Source: Candidatus Sungiibacteriota bacterium (GTDB taxonomy: Bacteria; Patescibacteriota; Minisyncoccia; Sungbacterales; HO2-52-23). From it: DNA of 64,000 bases. Location: NCBI GenBank assembly GCA_016432465.1, contig CP066690.1:850724-914723 (forward strand). Direction: 5' to 3'. A model generated the notes under the pieces. The model had not been told where the DNA came from and searched no databases. It saw only the letters and a list, made by a program, of their open reading frames with translations. Made by a program: the position numbers and the translations under genes. This document shows, piece after piece, positions 54,894 through 64,000 of the stretch. Position 1 is the first letter of the stretch; every line of letters starts with the position of its first letter.

Positions 54894-56072
54894 CTATCGT
54901 CCGATAAGAGCAATAACCATTCCTACTATTGCGGCCACAACCCCAACAATCCAAAATCTCATAGTCACTTTATAGGGCGGCCAGCCAATTGCCTCAAAAT
55001 GATGATGAATGGGCGCGATTAAAAAGATTTTTTTGCCACGAAATCTTTTGGAGGCGAACTGAAGGACGTCCGAAGCAACCTCGGCCATTAAAATAAATCC
55101 AATAACTGGAAGCACAATTACAGAATCAGTTAGAAACGCAATGACCGTAAGCGCGGTAGTAAGCCCCAGCATTCCCGACTCCCCCATGTAAAAGCGCGCC
55201 GGAGGAATGTTGAACCAAAGAAAAGCAAGAAGCGCGCCCAAAATTACTCCGGAAAAAGCGGCTATATCAATTTGTCCCCTAAAAAATGCAATACCTCCAT
55301 AAGCCGCAAAAATTGAGGCAAATACTCCTCCGGAAAGTCCGTCAATGCCATCCACAATACTTGATGAAAAAAGTAAAATCATTGTTCCGACAAAAAGAGG
55401 GATATACCAGCCGTTAATAAAAAGATCACCCAGTCCGGGAATATAAATAGTCTGCCAGCCGAGTTTATAATGAAACCATAAAGCTCCGGCCAGGGCGATA
55501 AAAAATACAGCCAAAAGCCGATGGCGGAATTTTACCCCTCCACCTTCCTGAGTATTTTGCCGCCACGGTTTAAGGACAGATAGGAGTTTACGAATGAAGG
55601 AGATTTTAGGTTTGGCATCTTCTGAAAAGGTGGGGGGTTTAATCCCACCAGCAACGTAATTTCCCTTTCGGAAAACCTGCAGAAGATCATCAGCCAGCCC
55701 CAGCAGAGAGGAGGCCAGAAGGATAAAAAGCGGAAGCCAGGTCTGGTTTCGGGAAAGAAAATTTACTTTGTCCCAAAAAGGATCGTCGGTAACTTGCGCT
55801 ATAATCCAGAAGAGCAAGGCTACCAGAATAGTGGTCACCCAGATTAGTACTCCGCCCAGTCTCGGCACGCTCGTTTCGCGGTCTTTGTGCAGAGCGGCAA
55901 AAAGCGGAGTTTGGGAGCCGTCCGGCGATAACTCGCGCACATCCTTTCTCCAGAGCTTGTATTTATACATTAAGTTCGTAAGCAGGGGGGTAAGAAAGAT
56001 AGCCAGCACAAAAGAAAGGGCTGAAAGTCCAAAAACTTTAACAACATTGGTTATAGTGTTAATTTCCACCAC
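54894..56072 (-). CDS. mraY: Phospho-MurNAc-pentapeptide transferase with a 36-aa insertion
   Basis: PRLGG, LADD, DGIDGL, FYMGESG and APIHHHFE. Confidence 0.96.
   Translation of the reverse strand: MVEINTITNVVKVFGLSALSFVLAIFLTPLLTNLMYKYKLWRKDVRELSPDGSQTPLFAALHKDRETSVPRLGGVLIWVTTILVALLFWIIAQVTDDPFWDKVNFLSRNQTWLPLFILLASSLLGLADDLLQVFRKGNYVAGGIKPPTFSEDAKPKISFIRKLLSVLKPWRQNTQEGGGVKFRHRLLAVFFIALAGALWFHYKLGWQTIYIPGLGDLFINGWYIPLFVGTMILLFSSSIVDGIDGLSGGVFASIFAAYGGIAFFRGQIDIAAFSGVILGALLAFLWFNIPPARFYMGESGMLGLTTALTVIAFLTDSVIVLPVIGFILMAEVASDVLQFASKRFRGKKIFLIAPIHHHFEAIGWPPYKVTMRFWIVGVVAAIVGMVIALIGR
55531..55642. mobile_element. MITE-A-related element, in-frame in mraY
   Basis: Ends ACCCCTCCACCTTCC / AAGGTGGGGGGT; different interior; adds 36 codons. 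Confidence 0.7.
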
Positions 56073-56951
56073 TTAAAAATTATCTCTTAACCAATTAATA
56101 ATCGCGCGGCCGTCGGAAAATCTATCAGTAGAGCCGAGGATGACTATTACTGCGACTTTGTCTTTTACCCCGCCCTTATCCATAAGAGCGGGGTAAACCG
56201 GATATAGCAAAATAAGCGTGCCGCGGGCCTTATCCGTAAATCCTGTTTTTCCTCCTAAAATCTCCGGAAATTCTTCCAGAAGTTCATTGGTGGTTTTTAT
56301 TTCATATTTATTGAAGGTATCGGAATATACCTCGGCTTCGGTATTTCGGGTCATCTCCCAAAGCGCCGGCTGATTTTGCCAAATATATTCGGCAAGCTTA
56401 GCAAGGTCAAGCGCGGTTGAATAGTGTTCTTCGGTATCAAGGCCGGTAGCATTGCGAAAAGAAGAATCCGACATTCCAATGCGGCGCGCTTCGGTATTTA
56501 TGAGTTCAAGAAACCGCTCTCCTAATTTTTCCGCCATAGCTTCAGCAGCGTCATTGGCCGAACCCATAAGTGCGAAGCGGATGGCATCGTCCCGCAGTAA
56601 AGATTCCCCTACCCCAACCGTACTTATTTTTTCTTCCACGGTTTTTGCTTTTTCGGAAAAAATAATCCAGTCAGCCGGAAGGAGATTTTGGCGCGCAACA
56701 AGGGCCGTGAGCAGTTTGGTTAAACTTGCCGGCGCGAGTTTTTTCCACTCCCGGCGCCTGATCAATATTTTATCTTCCCCGATAAACTTTACGAGATAGG
56801 AATGAGCGCGTATTTCCGGCTCCGGTATATTTATGGATGCCATCTCTTTTATCGGCGGCTGCTGCTTTTCAGTAGATACTAAAACCAGTACACCCATAAA
56901 AAGTATGGCAAGCATCGTAATTAATCTTTTTGGTTCAGGGGCCAGCTTCAT
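56073..56951 (-). CDS. D-alanyl-D-alanine carboxypeptidase (S11)
   Basis: PASLTK (SxxK), SAN (SxN) and KTG. Confidence 0.93.
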   Translation of the reverse strand: MKLAPEPKRLITMLAILFMGVLVLVSTEKQQPPIKEMASINIPEPEIRAHSYLVKFIGEDKILIRRREWKKLAPASLTKLLTALVARQNLLPADWIIFSEKAKTVEEKISTVGVGESLLRDDAIRFALMGSANDAAEAMAEKLGERFLELINTEARRIGMSDSSFRNATGLDTEEHYSTALDLAKLAEYIWQNQPALWEMTRNTEAEVYSDTFNKYEIKTTNELLEEFPEILGGKTGFTDKARGTLILLYPVYPALMDKGGVKDKVAVIVILGSTDRFSDGRAIINWLRDNF

Positions 56952-57495
56952 TTTCTTGTTTTGTTGGCGCCTCTTCCAGAACCTCTATTTTTTCTTTACG
57001 AAATTCCTCGTACTGCGGCAGGTCTCCTATTTTAGTCAGGCCCAAATGTTTTAGAAAATCAAAACTCACGCGATACAAAAAAGAACGCGCGTCTTTGGGG
57101 TTTTCTATTCGCTCCACCAGCCCCCGCATAAGAAGGTTACGAAGCGTAAAGGAAGAATTTACCCCGCGTACATATTCAATCTGCGCCCGGGTTAGCGGTC
57201 CTTTATAGGCGACGATGGAGACAGTTTCCAGCGCGGCCCGGGAAAGCTCTTCGGTAAATTCGCTTTTAACCAAATCTTCAACATATTTGGCATTGGCCGG
57301 ATTTGAACCCAATTGATAAGTATTGTCTTTTTCAAGAAGCGTCAATCCCCTGCCCTCATAGTCTTTTTTAAGCCCGCTAAGCGCTTCCAACACCGCTTCT
57401 TTTTTATTTTTGGCAATCTTTATGAGTTTTTCCAGCGCCAAGGGTTCTCCGTATATAAAAAGAAGGGTCTCTATAATAGATTTTAAGTTGGTCAT
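56935..57495 (-). CDS. scpB: SMC segregation/condensation protein B
   Basis: LSRAALETVSIVAY...IRGV-like YVRGVNS. Confidence 0.93.
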   Translation of the reverse strand: MTNLKSIIETLLFIYGEPLALEKLIKIAKNKKEAVLEALSGLKKDYEGRGLTLLEKDNTYQLGSNPANAKYVEDLVKSEFTEELSRAALETVSIVAYKGPLTRAQIEYVRGVNSSFTLRNLLMRGLVERIENPKDARSFLYRVSFDFLKHLGLTKIGDLPQYEEFRKEKIEVLEEAPTKQENEAGP

Positions 57496-58199
57496 AATAA
57501 AACCCGTTTTATGATAATATCTTCAAAGGGTTTCTTTTGGTTGAGTTCCACAAAGCGCTGCCGCGCGAGCTCCAGAATCGCAAGAAAACTTACAATAATC
57601 TCCACCTTTTCTTTGGCGCCTTTGGTAAGCTCTGAGAAAGCGCGTTCCACAGTTTCTTGCAGGAAGGAGCGTATTTGTTTAATTTTTTCCTCAAGCGAAA
57701 TTATCTTTTTTAATTTTTCTTCGGCCAGTTTTTCAATTTTGGGAAGCGAGGCAAGAAACGCGGAAAAAACATCCCGGATTAGAGCGGCTGTTGTCTTAGT
57801 GGGAGGGTAAAAAACAGGGGCCATACCAAAATACGCCTCACGCGTAAAAATAAAATGGCGTCCTGCCTCCAGATTCTTTATTTCCTTGGATAGCTCCCGC
57901 AGACGCTTATACTCTTCAAGTCTTTTTTCCAGTTCCTCTATAGATTGGGTTTCTTCTTCCGATAGCACAAGACCCGGCAGTAAGGAGCGTGATTTTATCA
58001 GCATAAGCTGTGCCGCAATTACCAAAAACTCCGCCAACTGCTCCGGATCTATTTTCCCAAGCGATTTTATGTACGTAATATATTCATCCGTAACTTTGGC
58101 CAGTGAAATTTCAGAGATGGAAAGTTTCTCTTTTTCAATAAGCTCGAGCAGAAGCTCGAGCGGACCTTCAAATTTTTCGTGTTTGATTCGGAAGGCCAT
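57492..58199 (-). CDS. scpA: SMC segregation/condensation protein A
   Basis: FEGPLELLL, IKSRSLLP and FLAILEL. Confidence 0.94.
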   Translation of the reverse strand: MAFRIKHEKFEGPLELLLELIEKEKLSISEISLAKVTDEYITYIKSLGKIDPEQLAEFLVIAAQLMLIKSRSLLPGLVLSEEETQSIEELEKRLEEYKRLRELSKEIKNLEAGRHFIFTREAYFGMAPVFYPPTKTTAALIRDVFSAFLASLPKIEKLAEEKLKKIISLEEKIKQIRSFLQETVERAFSELTKGAKEKVEIIVSFLAILELARQRFVELNQKKPFEDIIIKRVLL

Positions 58200-58202
58200 T
58201 GT

Positions 58203-59567
58203 TTAGGGTTCTAGTCTGTTGACACCTCGGTATAAATATGTAACCTCCCGGACATTATTTATATTGAAAATTTTCATAAGCATGCGCGATGGACCGTGGC
58301 CAAAACCTCCGTGCGGCGGACAGCCATATTTGAAAAAATCAAGATAGTGTTTAATTGGTTCCAAATTTAACCCTTTTTCTTTGGCCTGGTTAACCAGCAT
58401 ATCATAATGATGTTCACGTTGAGCCCCCGTGGTAACTTCCAGGCCGTTCCACAAGAGGTCAAAGCTTTTGGTTAAATTTTTGTTGTCCGGATGCCTCATA
58501 TGATAAAAAGGACGAACTGTGATTGGATAGTCGGTTACGAAGACAAACTCGTGGCCTTCTTTTTTTAAGATAAATTCGGATAAAGCTCGTTCTTCTTCGG
58601 GGCTTAAATCACCTTCCCGTTCGTTTGCGACACCGAGGCCCGCCAGAATCTTTTTTGCCTCCTGCATGGTTACTTTTGGAAAAGGAATAAGCGGAACTGT
58701 AAGTTTTCTTTCGTAGTGTCTAAAGATTTCTTCCCCAAAAGAAGTTTTGAGCTTTTCCAGAACATAACTAAGTATTTTTTCTTCCTCGGCCATTACATCG
58801 TAGTGGGAGTCAATAAAAGAAATTTCAATATCATAGCCGGTAAATTCGGTATCATGCCGTGAGGTAAATGACGGGTTGGCCCGAAATACCGGACCAACCT
58901 CAAAAACTTTTTCAAACCCGGCTGCCATAGCCATTTGTTTGTAAAATTGAGGCGACTGGGCAAGATAGGCTTTGCGGTCAAAATATTTTACTTCAAAAAG
59001 TTCTGCGCCGGACTCGCTCGGCGCGTTCATAAATTTTGGGGAGTGGATTTCAATGTAATCATGGCTTGTCCAATATTCTCGGAAGGCCTGCTCCATTGCC
59101 GTCCATACGTGAAAAATTAATGCTCTTTTTGGGTTTCGTAAATCTATCCATCGCCAATCCAGACGTTTTTGCAGTGCCGCCTCGTCGGTCCCTTCTTCTC
59201 CCAAAGGAATAGGCAGGTCCTCGGCAGCAGACAACACCTCCAGTTTTTCTGCGTGAAGTTCAATACTGCCAGTGGGAAGCTCCGGATTTTCCATTCCGGC
59301 GGGCCGTTTTTGTATTACACCCTCCACTTGTATCACCCATTCTGAACGTAATTTATCGGCTTCCTGCAGGATAGTTTTATTATCAGGACTAAAAACAACC
59401 TGTACTATTCCCCATCGGTCGCGCAGGTCAATAAAAATAAGCTTGCCGTGGTCGCGGCGAGCGTGCACCCAGCCCATAAGAGTTATTGATTCGCCTACCC
59501 TATTTGGTACGTCTTTGCTAAGAATCCGCATAGCATTTATCCTACTGCTTCCTAAGGGCGCGGGCAA
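58203..59567 (-). CDS. aspS: Aspartate--tRNA(Asp/Asn) ligase, short archaeal/non-discriminating type
   Basis: OB-fold RDHGKLIFIDLRD, YLAQSPQFYKQ and GCPPHGG; lacks the bacterial GAD insertion. Confidence 0.9.
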   Translation of the reverse strand: MPAPLGSSRINAMRILSKDVPNRVGESITLMGWVHARRDHGKLIFIDLRDRWGIVQVVFSPDNKTILQEADKLRSEWVIQVEGVIQKRPAGMENPELPTGSIELHAEKLEVLSAAEDLPIPLGEEGTDEAALQKRLDWRWIDLRNPKRALIFHVWTAMEQAFREYWTSHDYIEIHSPKFMNAPSESGAELFEVKYFDRKAYLAQSPQFYKQMAMAAGFEKVFEVGPVFRANPSFTSRHDTEFTGYDIEISFIDSHYDVMAEEEKILSYVLEKLKTSFGEEIFRHYERKLTVPLIPFPKVTMQEAKKILAGLGVANEREGDLSPEEERALSEFILKKEGHEFVFVTDYPITVRPFYHMRHPDNKNLTKSFDLLWNGLEVTTGAQREHHYDMLVNQAKEKGLNLEPIKHYLDFFKYGCPPHGGFGHGPSRMLMKIFNINNVREVTYLYRGVNRLEP

Positions 59568-60564
59568 TAAGCAGATCCAGAAGTTTGGGGAAATTAATCC
59601 CCGCGGCTTTGGCCGCCTCGGGCAAGAGACTGGTTTGGGTCATGCCGGGGATAGTGTTTATTTCTAAAATGTAGAGTTTGTTGTCGCTTCCCAAGATAAA
59701 ATCCGAACGGGACATGTCAGAACAACCAATGATTTTGTGCGCATAGAGAGCGGTGTTTTGGACCATGCTAATTGTTTTTTGGGAAAAACCGTGAGGCGGA
59801 ACAACGTGTTCCGATCCGCCCTCGTCGTATTTTGATCTGTAGTCATAAAAATTTCCAACCCGGGGAATGATTTCTGTTGGTAGGAGCGCAAATGCCTCTC
59901 CATTTTTATTTTCCAAAACTCCGCAGGTCAGTTCTCTGCCTTTTATGAATTTTTGGAGAATGATGTGGTTTGAGTGTCTAAAAGCTTCTACAAGTGCGTT
60001 TTTAAAGTCTCGTTTGTGGCGCACGATGCTTACTCCAATGCTTGAACCGTGGTTTGACGGTTTGACCACCAGTGGGCATTGAAAAGGATTTATAATTTTT
60101 TCTTGCTGGTTAAACACTCTATAATCCGGGACATTAAAGCCGTTATCCCGGAAAAGACTCAAAGAGCGGGGTTTATCCATCCCGAGGGCGCTGGCAAGAA
60201 TTCCCGAGCCAGTATATGGGATACCCATAGTTTCAAGCATTCCCTGAATTGTACCGTCTTCGCCGTATTTTCCGTGCATAGCAATAAAGGCTACGGGCGA
60301 ATCGAAGACTCGGTTTGGGAGAGGATTTTCAGCAAGCGGGACTAGATTTTTAACCGCTAGTTTTCTCTGGGAATAAAGAAGCGGTGTCTGGTAGGACGGG
60401 GCGATAAGCCATTTGCTTTTTTTAGTGATAAGCACCGGCCGCACGAGGTATTTTTTTGGATCAAGCGCGTGGATGATGTTTTTACCCGTATTTAAAGACA
60501 CTTCGTGCTCTGCCGAAGGCCCGCCCATCAGTACCAGAACCTTAATTTTTCTTCGTTTGGCCAT
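59542..60564 (-). CDS. ddl: D-alanine--D-alanine ligase
   Basis: GGPSAEHEVS, HGKYGEDG, GSSIG and EINTIPG. Confidence 0.97.
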   Translation of the reverse strand: MAKRRKIKVLVLMGGPSAEHEVSLNTGKNIIHALDPKKYLVRPVLITKKSKWLIAPSYQTPLLYSQRKLAVKNLVPLAENPLPNRVFDSPVAFIAMHGKYGEDGTIQGMLETMGIPYTGSGILASALGMDKPRSLSLFRDNGFNVPDYRVFNQQEKIINPFQCPLVVKPSNHGSSIGVSIVRHKRDFKNALVEAFRHSNHIILQKFIKGRELTCGVLENKNGEAFALLPTEIIPRVGNFYDYRSKYDEGGSEHVVPPHGFSQKTISMVQNTALYAHKIIGCSDMSRSDFILGSDNKLYILEINTIPGMTQTSLLPEAAKAAGINFPKLLDLLIARALRKQ

Positions 60565-60623
60565 TTTTATATAATAAGTTTTGGGTTGATTTTACGCAAA
60601 TTTTGTGATACGATAGTATTTAG

Positions 60624-60697
60624 CCGCCCGTAGCTCAGCCTGGTAGAGCACCTGCCTTTTAAGCAGTGTGTCGGAGGTTCGAATCCTCCCGGGCGGA
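60624..60697 (+). tRNA. tRNA-Lys(TTT)
   Basis: CCGCCCG/CGGGCGG acceptor stem, anticodon loop CTTTTAA, GTTCGAATC T-loop. Confidence 0.93.
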
Positions 60698-60729
60698 TAA
60701 ATTATTAATCTGCCACTTTAAGTGGCAGA

Positions 60730-61050
60730 TTAATGCGGACAAACGGTAACCCCAATGGGCAAAAGATTAGTAGTCATAAGCTCGTCTTTGACCATAGTAA
60801 AGAGAATAAACCTCTGTAGATCATTCATCGTGATTTGGGGTCCCCACCTGCGGTTTGGATCGCTTGCTTCCTGCACAATTTTCCAAGCGCGTCGGCCAGC
60901 ATCTTTTCTTCGTAGTCGCGCCGCATAAAGAATGTGCGGATCAACAGGACCTATTGCAGTCGTATGACCCGCATGCCATGGATGGTTCGGTTGAAGCAAA
61001 CATGTGTTTACCGGCATTATGCCCCTTAACGTTGAGATTATGAACCTCAT
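60730..61050 (-). CDS. Hypothetical protein (start uncertain)
   Basis: 106-aa ORF ending in a perfect hairpin at 60703-60733. Confidence 0.4.
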   Translation of the reverse strand: MRFIISTLRGIMPVNTCLLQPNHPWHAGHTTAIGPVDPHILYAARLRRKDAGRRAWKIVQEASDPNRRWGPQITMNDLQRFILFTMVKDELMTTNLLPIGVTVCPH

Positions 61051-61161
61051 AAAATATAATATTTTATGAGCGCTTGATCAAGTGCTGAAAAAGATGAGCC
61101 CGATAAAATTTAGCAACAAAATAATTTTTGACAAATCTTAATGGATCCGTAGTCTAAATGA

Positions 61162-61195
61162 GGGCCGGTGGTTTAATGATAGAACATCACCCTTG
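61162..61195 (+). pseudogene. 5' half of a tRNA (Ala-like), truncated in the anticodon loop
   Basis: GGGCCGG-TG-GTTT-AATGATA-GAAC-A-TCACC-CTTG, then no 3' half. Confidence 0.55.
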
Positions 61196-61215
61196 TTCAC
61201 CTTTCACCTTTTTAC

Positions 61216-61286
61216 GGGCCGTTAGCATAGTGGCAGTGCACCCGGTTTGCATCCGGGAGGCGCGAGTTCAATTCTCGCACGGTCCA
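61216..61286 (+). tRNA. tRNA-Ala(TGC)
   Basis: G3-U70 pair, anticodon arm CCCGG-TTTGCAT-CCGGG, GTTCAATTC T-loop. Confidence 0.93.
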
Positions 61287-61329
61287 TTACAAAAAAACTT
61301 CACGCCTTAGCGTGAAGTTTTGGGACTTA

Positions 61330-62556
61330 TTAAATATGATCAGCCACCAAGTTTCCGTTGATCATAACGCCTGCAATGTATTTTTCCAAATGTTCCCATT
61401 CCTGTAACGAAAGTTCCAGGGGGTTTTTAAACCAAAATATCATATCGGCAAAATAATTCTCTTTTAGGGCGCCTAGTTGAGAACCTCTGCGAAGAAATCT
61501 GGCACCATTTGAAGTTGCTGCTCTAAAGATTGTAGCCGTCCCAAGCCCCAACGACCGCATTAAATAAAGTTCTCGCAGTGAACCATGGGGCGTATACTCG
61601 CTTCCGGCATCAGATGCAAAAAGAATATTTTCGGCAAGTTTCTGCGCCACCTTCCGGAAAGTTAAAACCGCAGCATTCCACTCATAAGAAGAGTCCTCGG
61701 CGCCATCACCGTTAACAAGTGCTCCTTCATACCGACAAAGTAGTCCTTCCAGAGTTGGCGCAAAAAAAATACCAGCTTGCTGCATATACCGAAAATTTTT
61801 CTCCATAACCCTGTAATCAATGTCTTTTATCTGGATTCCGTGATCAATACAATCTGCCCCGTTGACGAGCGCTGCGAGAATCGCCTCACAGCCCTTAGCA
61901 TGCGCACTGATGAGAAATCCCCTCCCGTGCGCTTTAATTACCAGATATCTGAAAAGTTGCTTTCTGAATACAAGTCTATAATCAGGGTATCCCCACTCTG
62001 GAATTATTTTGATAACCGTCGCTCCCACACGTTGAGAATCTGCAATTAGCTCGTCAGCCTCCCGTTCAGTGGTTACTTTTCTGCAGGCATGTTGTGCAAA
62101 ACTTCCGTACGTCCCGACAGTCCAGGCAGAGAAAAATGTCCGCGGCGCACTACCTACTCTTTCAAGGTCTTTTATTGCGCGGTAGACCCAAGGAGCATCT
62201 GGTCCTGCGATTGCCGGGCCCTTGTCACAGACAGTAGTTATTCCGACTTTCAAGGACCTTAGTGTATTTTCACGGATCACCTCTTCTTGCTCGCTTTTTG
62301 GTCCTGTCACAAATGTCATAATATCTTCAAGCGTTCTGCCGCCGGGCATGCCCCAGTGTACATGACAATTGATAAATCCGGGCGTTACAAAAAATTCAGG
62401 AGTTCCATCAATTTGTCCTGCATGGATGACTTCAACGATTCTGCCTTGTTCAATACGGAGTTTCTCCGGCCCGATATCTGTATATCGTTCGGACAGCTTT
62501 ATTGTGTATACAGGGCGTGTCCAGTTATCCCTAGGCATCAAAAAATCACCCTGCAT
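61330..62556 (-). CDS. Metal-dependent amidohydrolase (prolidase/imidazolonepropionase-like)
   Basis: PGFINCHVH, SAHA, IDHG, SDAG and ADMI...NPL. Confidence 0.85.
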   Translation of the reverse strand: MQGDFLMPRDNWTRPVYTIKLSERYTDIGPEKLRIEQGRIVEVIHAGQIDGTPEFFVTPGFINCHVHWGMPGGRTLEDIMTFVTGPKSEQEEVIRENTLRSLKVGITTVCDKGPAIAGPDAPWVYRAIKDLERVGSAPRTFFSAWTVGTYGSFAQHACRKVTTEREADELIADSQRVGATVIKIIPEWGYPDYRLVFRKQLFRYLVIKAHGRGFLISAHAKGCEAILAALVNGADCIDHGIQIKDIDYRVMEKNFRYMQQAGIFFAPTLEGLLCRYEGALVNGDGAEDSSYEWNAAVLTFRKVAQKLAENILFASDAGSEYTPHGSLRELYLMRSLGLGTATIFRAATSNGARFLRRGSQLGALKENYFADMIFWFKNPLELSLQEWEHLEKYIAGVMINGNLVADHI

Positions 62557-62616
62557 GAGTGATTCTCCTTTTTCGGTGCTGTCGGAATCTTAACGATAGT
62601 TTTATTTTGTGTCAAG

Positions 62617-63141
62617 CTATTCTTTTCTTTCAAGCCGCCGCAACAAAATTAACACCGCAATCGGCGCGACTAGCCACCATATATGCAGGTCGGGATTGGC
62701 AAATACGTTTTTAGTAAGCGGGGCAAGCAGTTTTATTTTTTCCGGCGGCAGAAACTGGAACGTAAGGTGAATCAAAAATCCCACTTGCAGAAAGCTTAAT
62801 AAAAATATCTGCCACCAAGAGCTTGCGGGCGCCATTCCGCGTCCCCTGCGGGAACCGAGGGAAAAAGCAAGAATAAGAAATAGTAAAATGAATACTCCGG
62901 CTTTGAAGAAAAATTCTTGCTGCAAGCCACTTGCCTCTTTAATGCGCTCAAGAGGCAGGGCTGAAGTTATGGCCAGGGCCACATAGGTATATATAATAGT
63001 AGCCGCCATTCGTCCTTTGCCCGTAGAGATGCCATAGAAAAATCCAATAGCCAGAAGCGCAAAAAGCGTAACCAAATCCCAAGTGGGGTGAGAGAGTATT
63101 TGGGCGGCAGTATTTTTAATTGAGTCAATCTGTGGAGGCAC
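62617..63141 (-). CDS. Hypothetical membrane protein
   Basis: About 5 TM segments. Confidence 0.6.
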   Translation of the reverse strand: MPPQIDSIKNTAAQILSHPTWDLVTLFALLAIGFFYGISTGKGRMAATIIYTYVALAITSALPLERIKEASGLQQEFFFKAGVFILLFLILAFSLGSRRGRGMAPASSWWQIFLLSFLQVGFLIHLTFQFLPPEKIKLLAPLTKNVFANPDLHIWWLVAPIAVLILLRRLERKE

Positions 63142-63185
63142 AGATACATTATATCACTTATTCGAATCACAACACCACAATTGAA

Positions 63186-63223
63186 TTTGTACACTTAAAA
63201 ACGATCGCTTATAAGTGTACATA
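63186..63223. repeat. 38-bp palindrome P38, copy 4 (slightly degenerate)
   Basis: TTTGTACACTTAAAAACGATCGCTTATAAGTGTACATA. Confidence 0.85.
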
Positions 63224-63326
63224 ACACCAAAACCCGCCGAGTCTTACTCGGCGGGTTTTGGTTTTGCGGCATATACCGCTTCTAAAGACCTTTTGCAAAA
63301 TAAGCTTTTGCAAAAGGTCTTAATTT

Positions 63327-64000
63327 TTAGTAGTCCTCGTGCGGCATTGCCGGTATCTTTTCCTCCTTTTTTGGAAGTTCTGCTATTGCTGCCTCGGTAG
63401 TCAAAAACATGGCGGCGACAGATACTGCATTTTCAAGAGCAAGGCGGGTTACTTTTACCGGATCAACAATACCTTCTTTAATCATATCTCCCACAATCCG
63501 GTCTCGCATGGCGTCGTAGCCCGCATTGGATTTGGGATCAGCCGCGATTTTCTCTTTGATTTTTAATGTTATTTCCCCTACTCTTTTGCCGGCGTTGGCC
63601 GCAATCTGCACCAGCGGTTCTTCCAGCGCATTGGTTAAAATAGAGTAGGCGGCATGTTCTTCCACAGCGTCTTTTTCTCCTTCCAGACGCCTGGTTTTTT
63701 CTTTGAGAAGCAAAGAAACTTTAAAAAGCGCTGTTCCCCCTCCGGCCACAATTCCTTCGGCCAAAGCCGCTTTGGTTGCGGCCACCGCATCCTCAATTTT
63801 CAGCTTAATATATTTCATCTCGGTTTCCGTGGCTGCGCCGACTTTTATCACCGCTACCCCGCCGGAAAGTTTGGCCAATCGCTCCTGCAGTTTTTCGCGA
63901 TCGTATTCGGAAGTAGTTTTTTCAATTTGGGCGCGGATTTGTTTGATTCTTTTTTCAATATCTTCTTTTTTGCCCTTTCCGCCCACGATAGTAGTGTTGT
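63327..64000 (-). CDS. groL: Chaperonin GroEL, C-terminal part (truncated by window end)
   Basis: [36 protein letters not shown] and GIVDPVKV. Confidence 0.98.
   Translation of the reverse strand, partial: NTTIVGGKGKKEDIEKRIKQIRAQIEKTTSEYDREKLQERLAKLSGGVAVIKVGAATETEMKYIKLKIEDAVAATKAALAEGIVAGGGTALFKVSLLLKEKTRRLEGEKDAVEEHAAYSILTNALEEPLVQIAANAGKRVGEITLKIKEKIAADPKSNAGYDAMRDRIVGDMIKEGIVDPVKVTRLALENAVSVAAMFLTTEAAIAELPKKEEKIPAMPHEDY

Overview
A 64-kb chromosomal segment of a bacterium that, from gene content and style, most resembles Patescibacteria/CPR (Parcubacteria-like); this assignment is an inference. Housekeeping genes include hpf, secA, def/fmt, murC/D/G, ftsW, mraY, ddl, ctpA, maf, rplI, rpmA, pyrG, a Xer-like recombinase, gltX, aspS, scpAB, groEL, tRNA-Lys and tRNA-Ala. 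They are interleaved with many small self-contained promoter-SD-ORF-terminator accessory modules and dense families of palindromic/MITE repeats, several inserted in-frame inside essential proteins. Most notable: (1) a 3.2-kb minus-strand locus (51.4-54.6 kb) with a terminator/antiterminator leader, a ~250-nt structured RNA, tiny peptides and unrelated genes separated by a repeated hairpin+boxA-like motif; (2) stacked mini-cassettes behind repeated copies of the secA 3' tail, and a second tandem 'swapped-ORF' duplication between the M23 peptidase gene and gltX; (3) a 108-bp MITE family that adds 36-42 aa in-frame to ThpR, MurD and MraY; (4) a polyamine cluster with an unusual SpeE-SpeD fusion order; (5) an uncharacterised coiled-coil/AAA+/UPF0182 membrane cluster. 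No CRISPR array, rRNA or transposase was seen.
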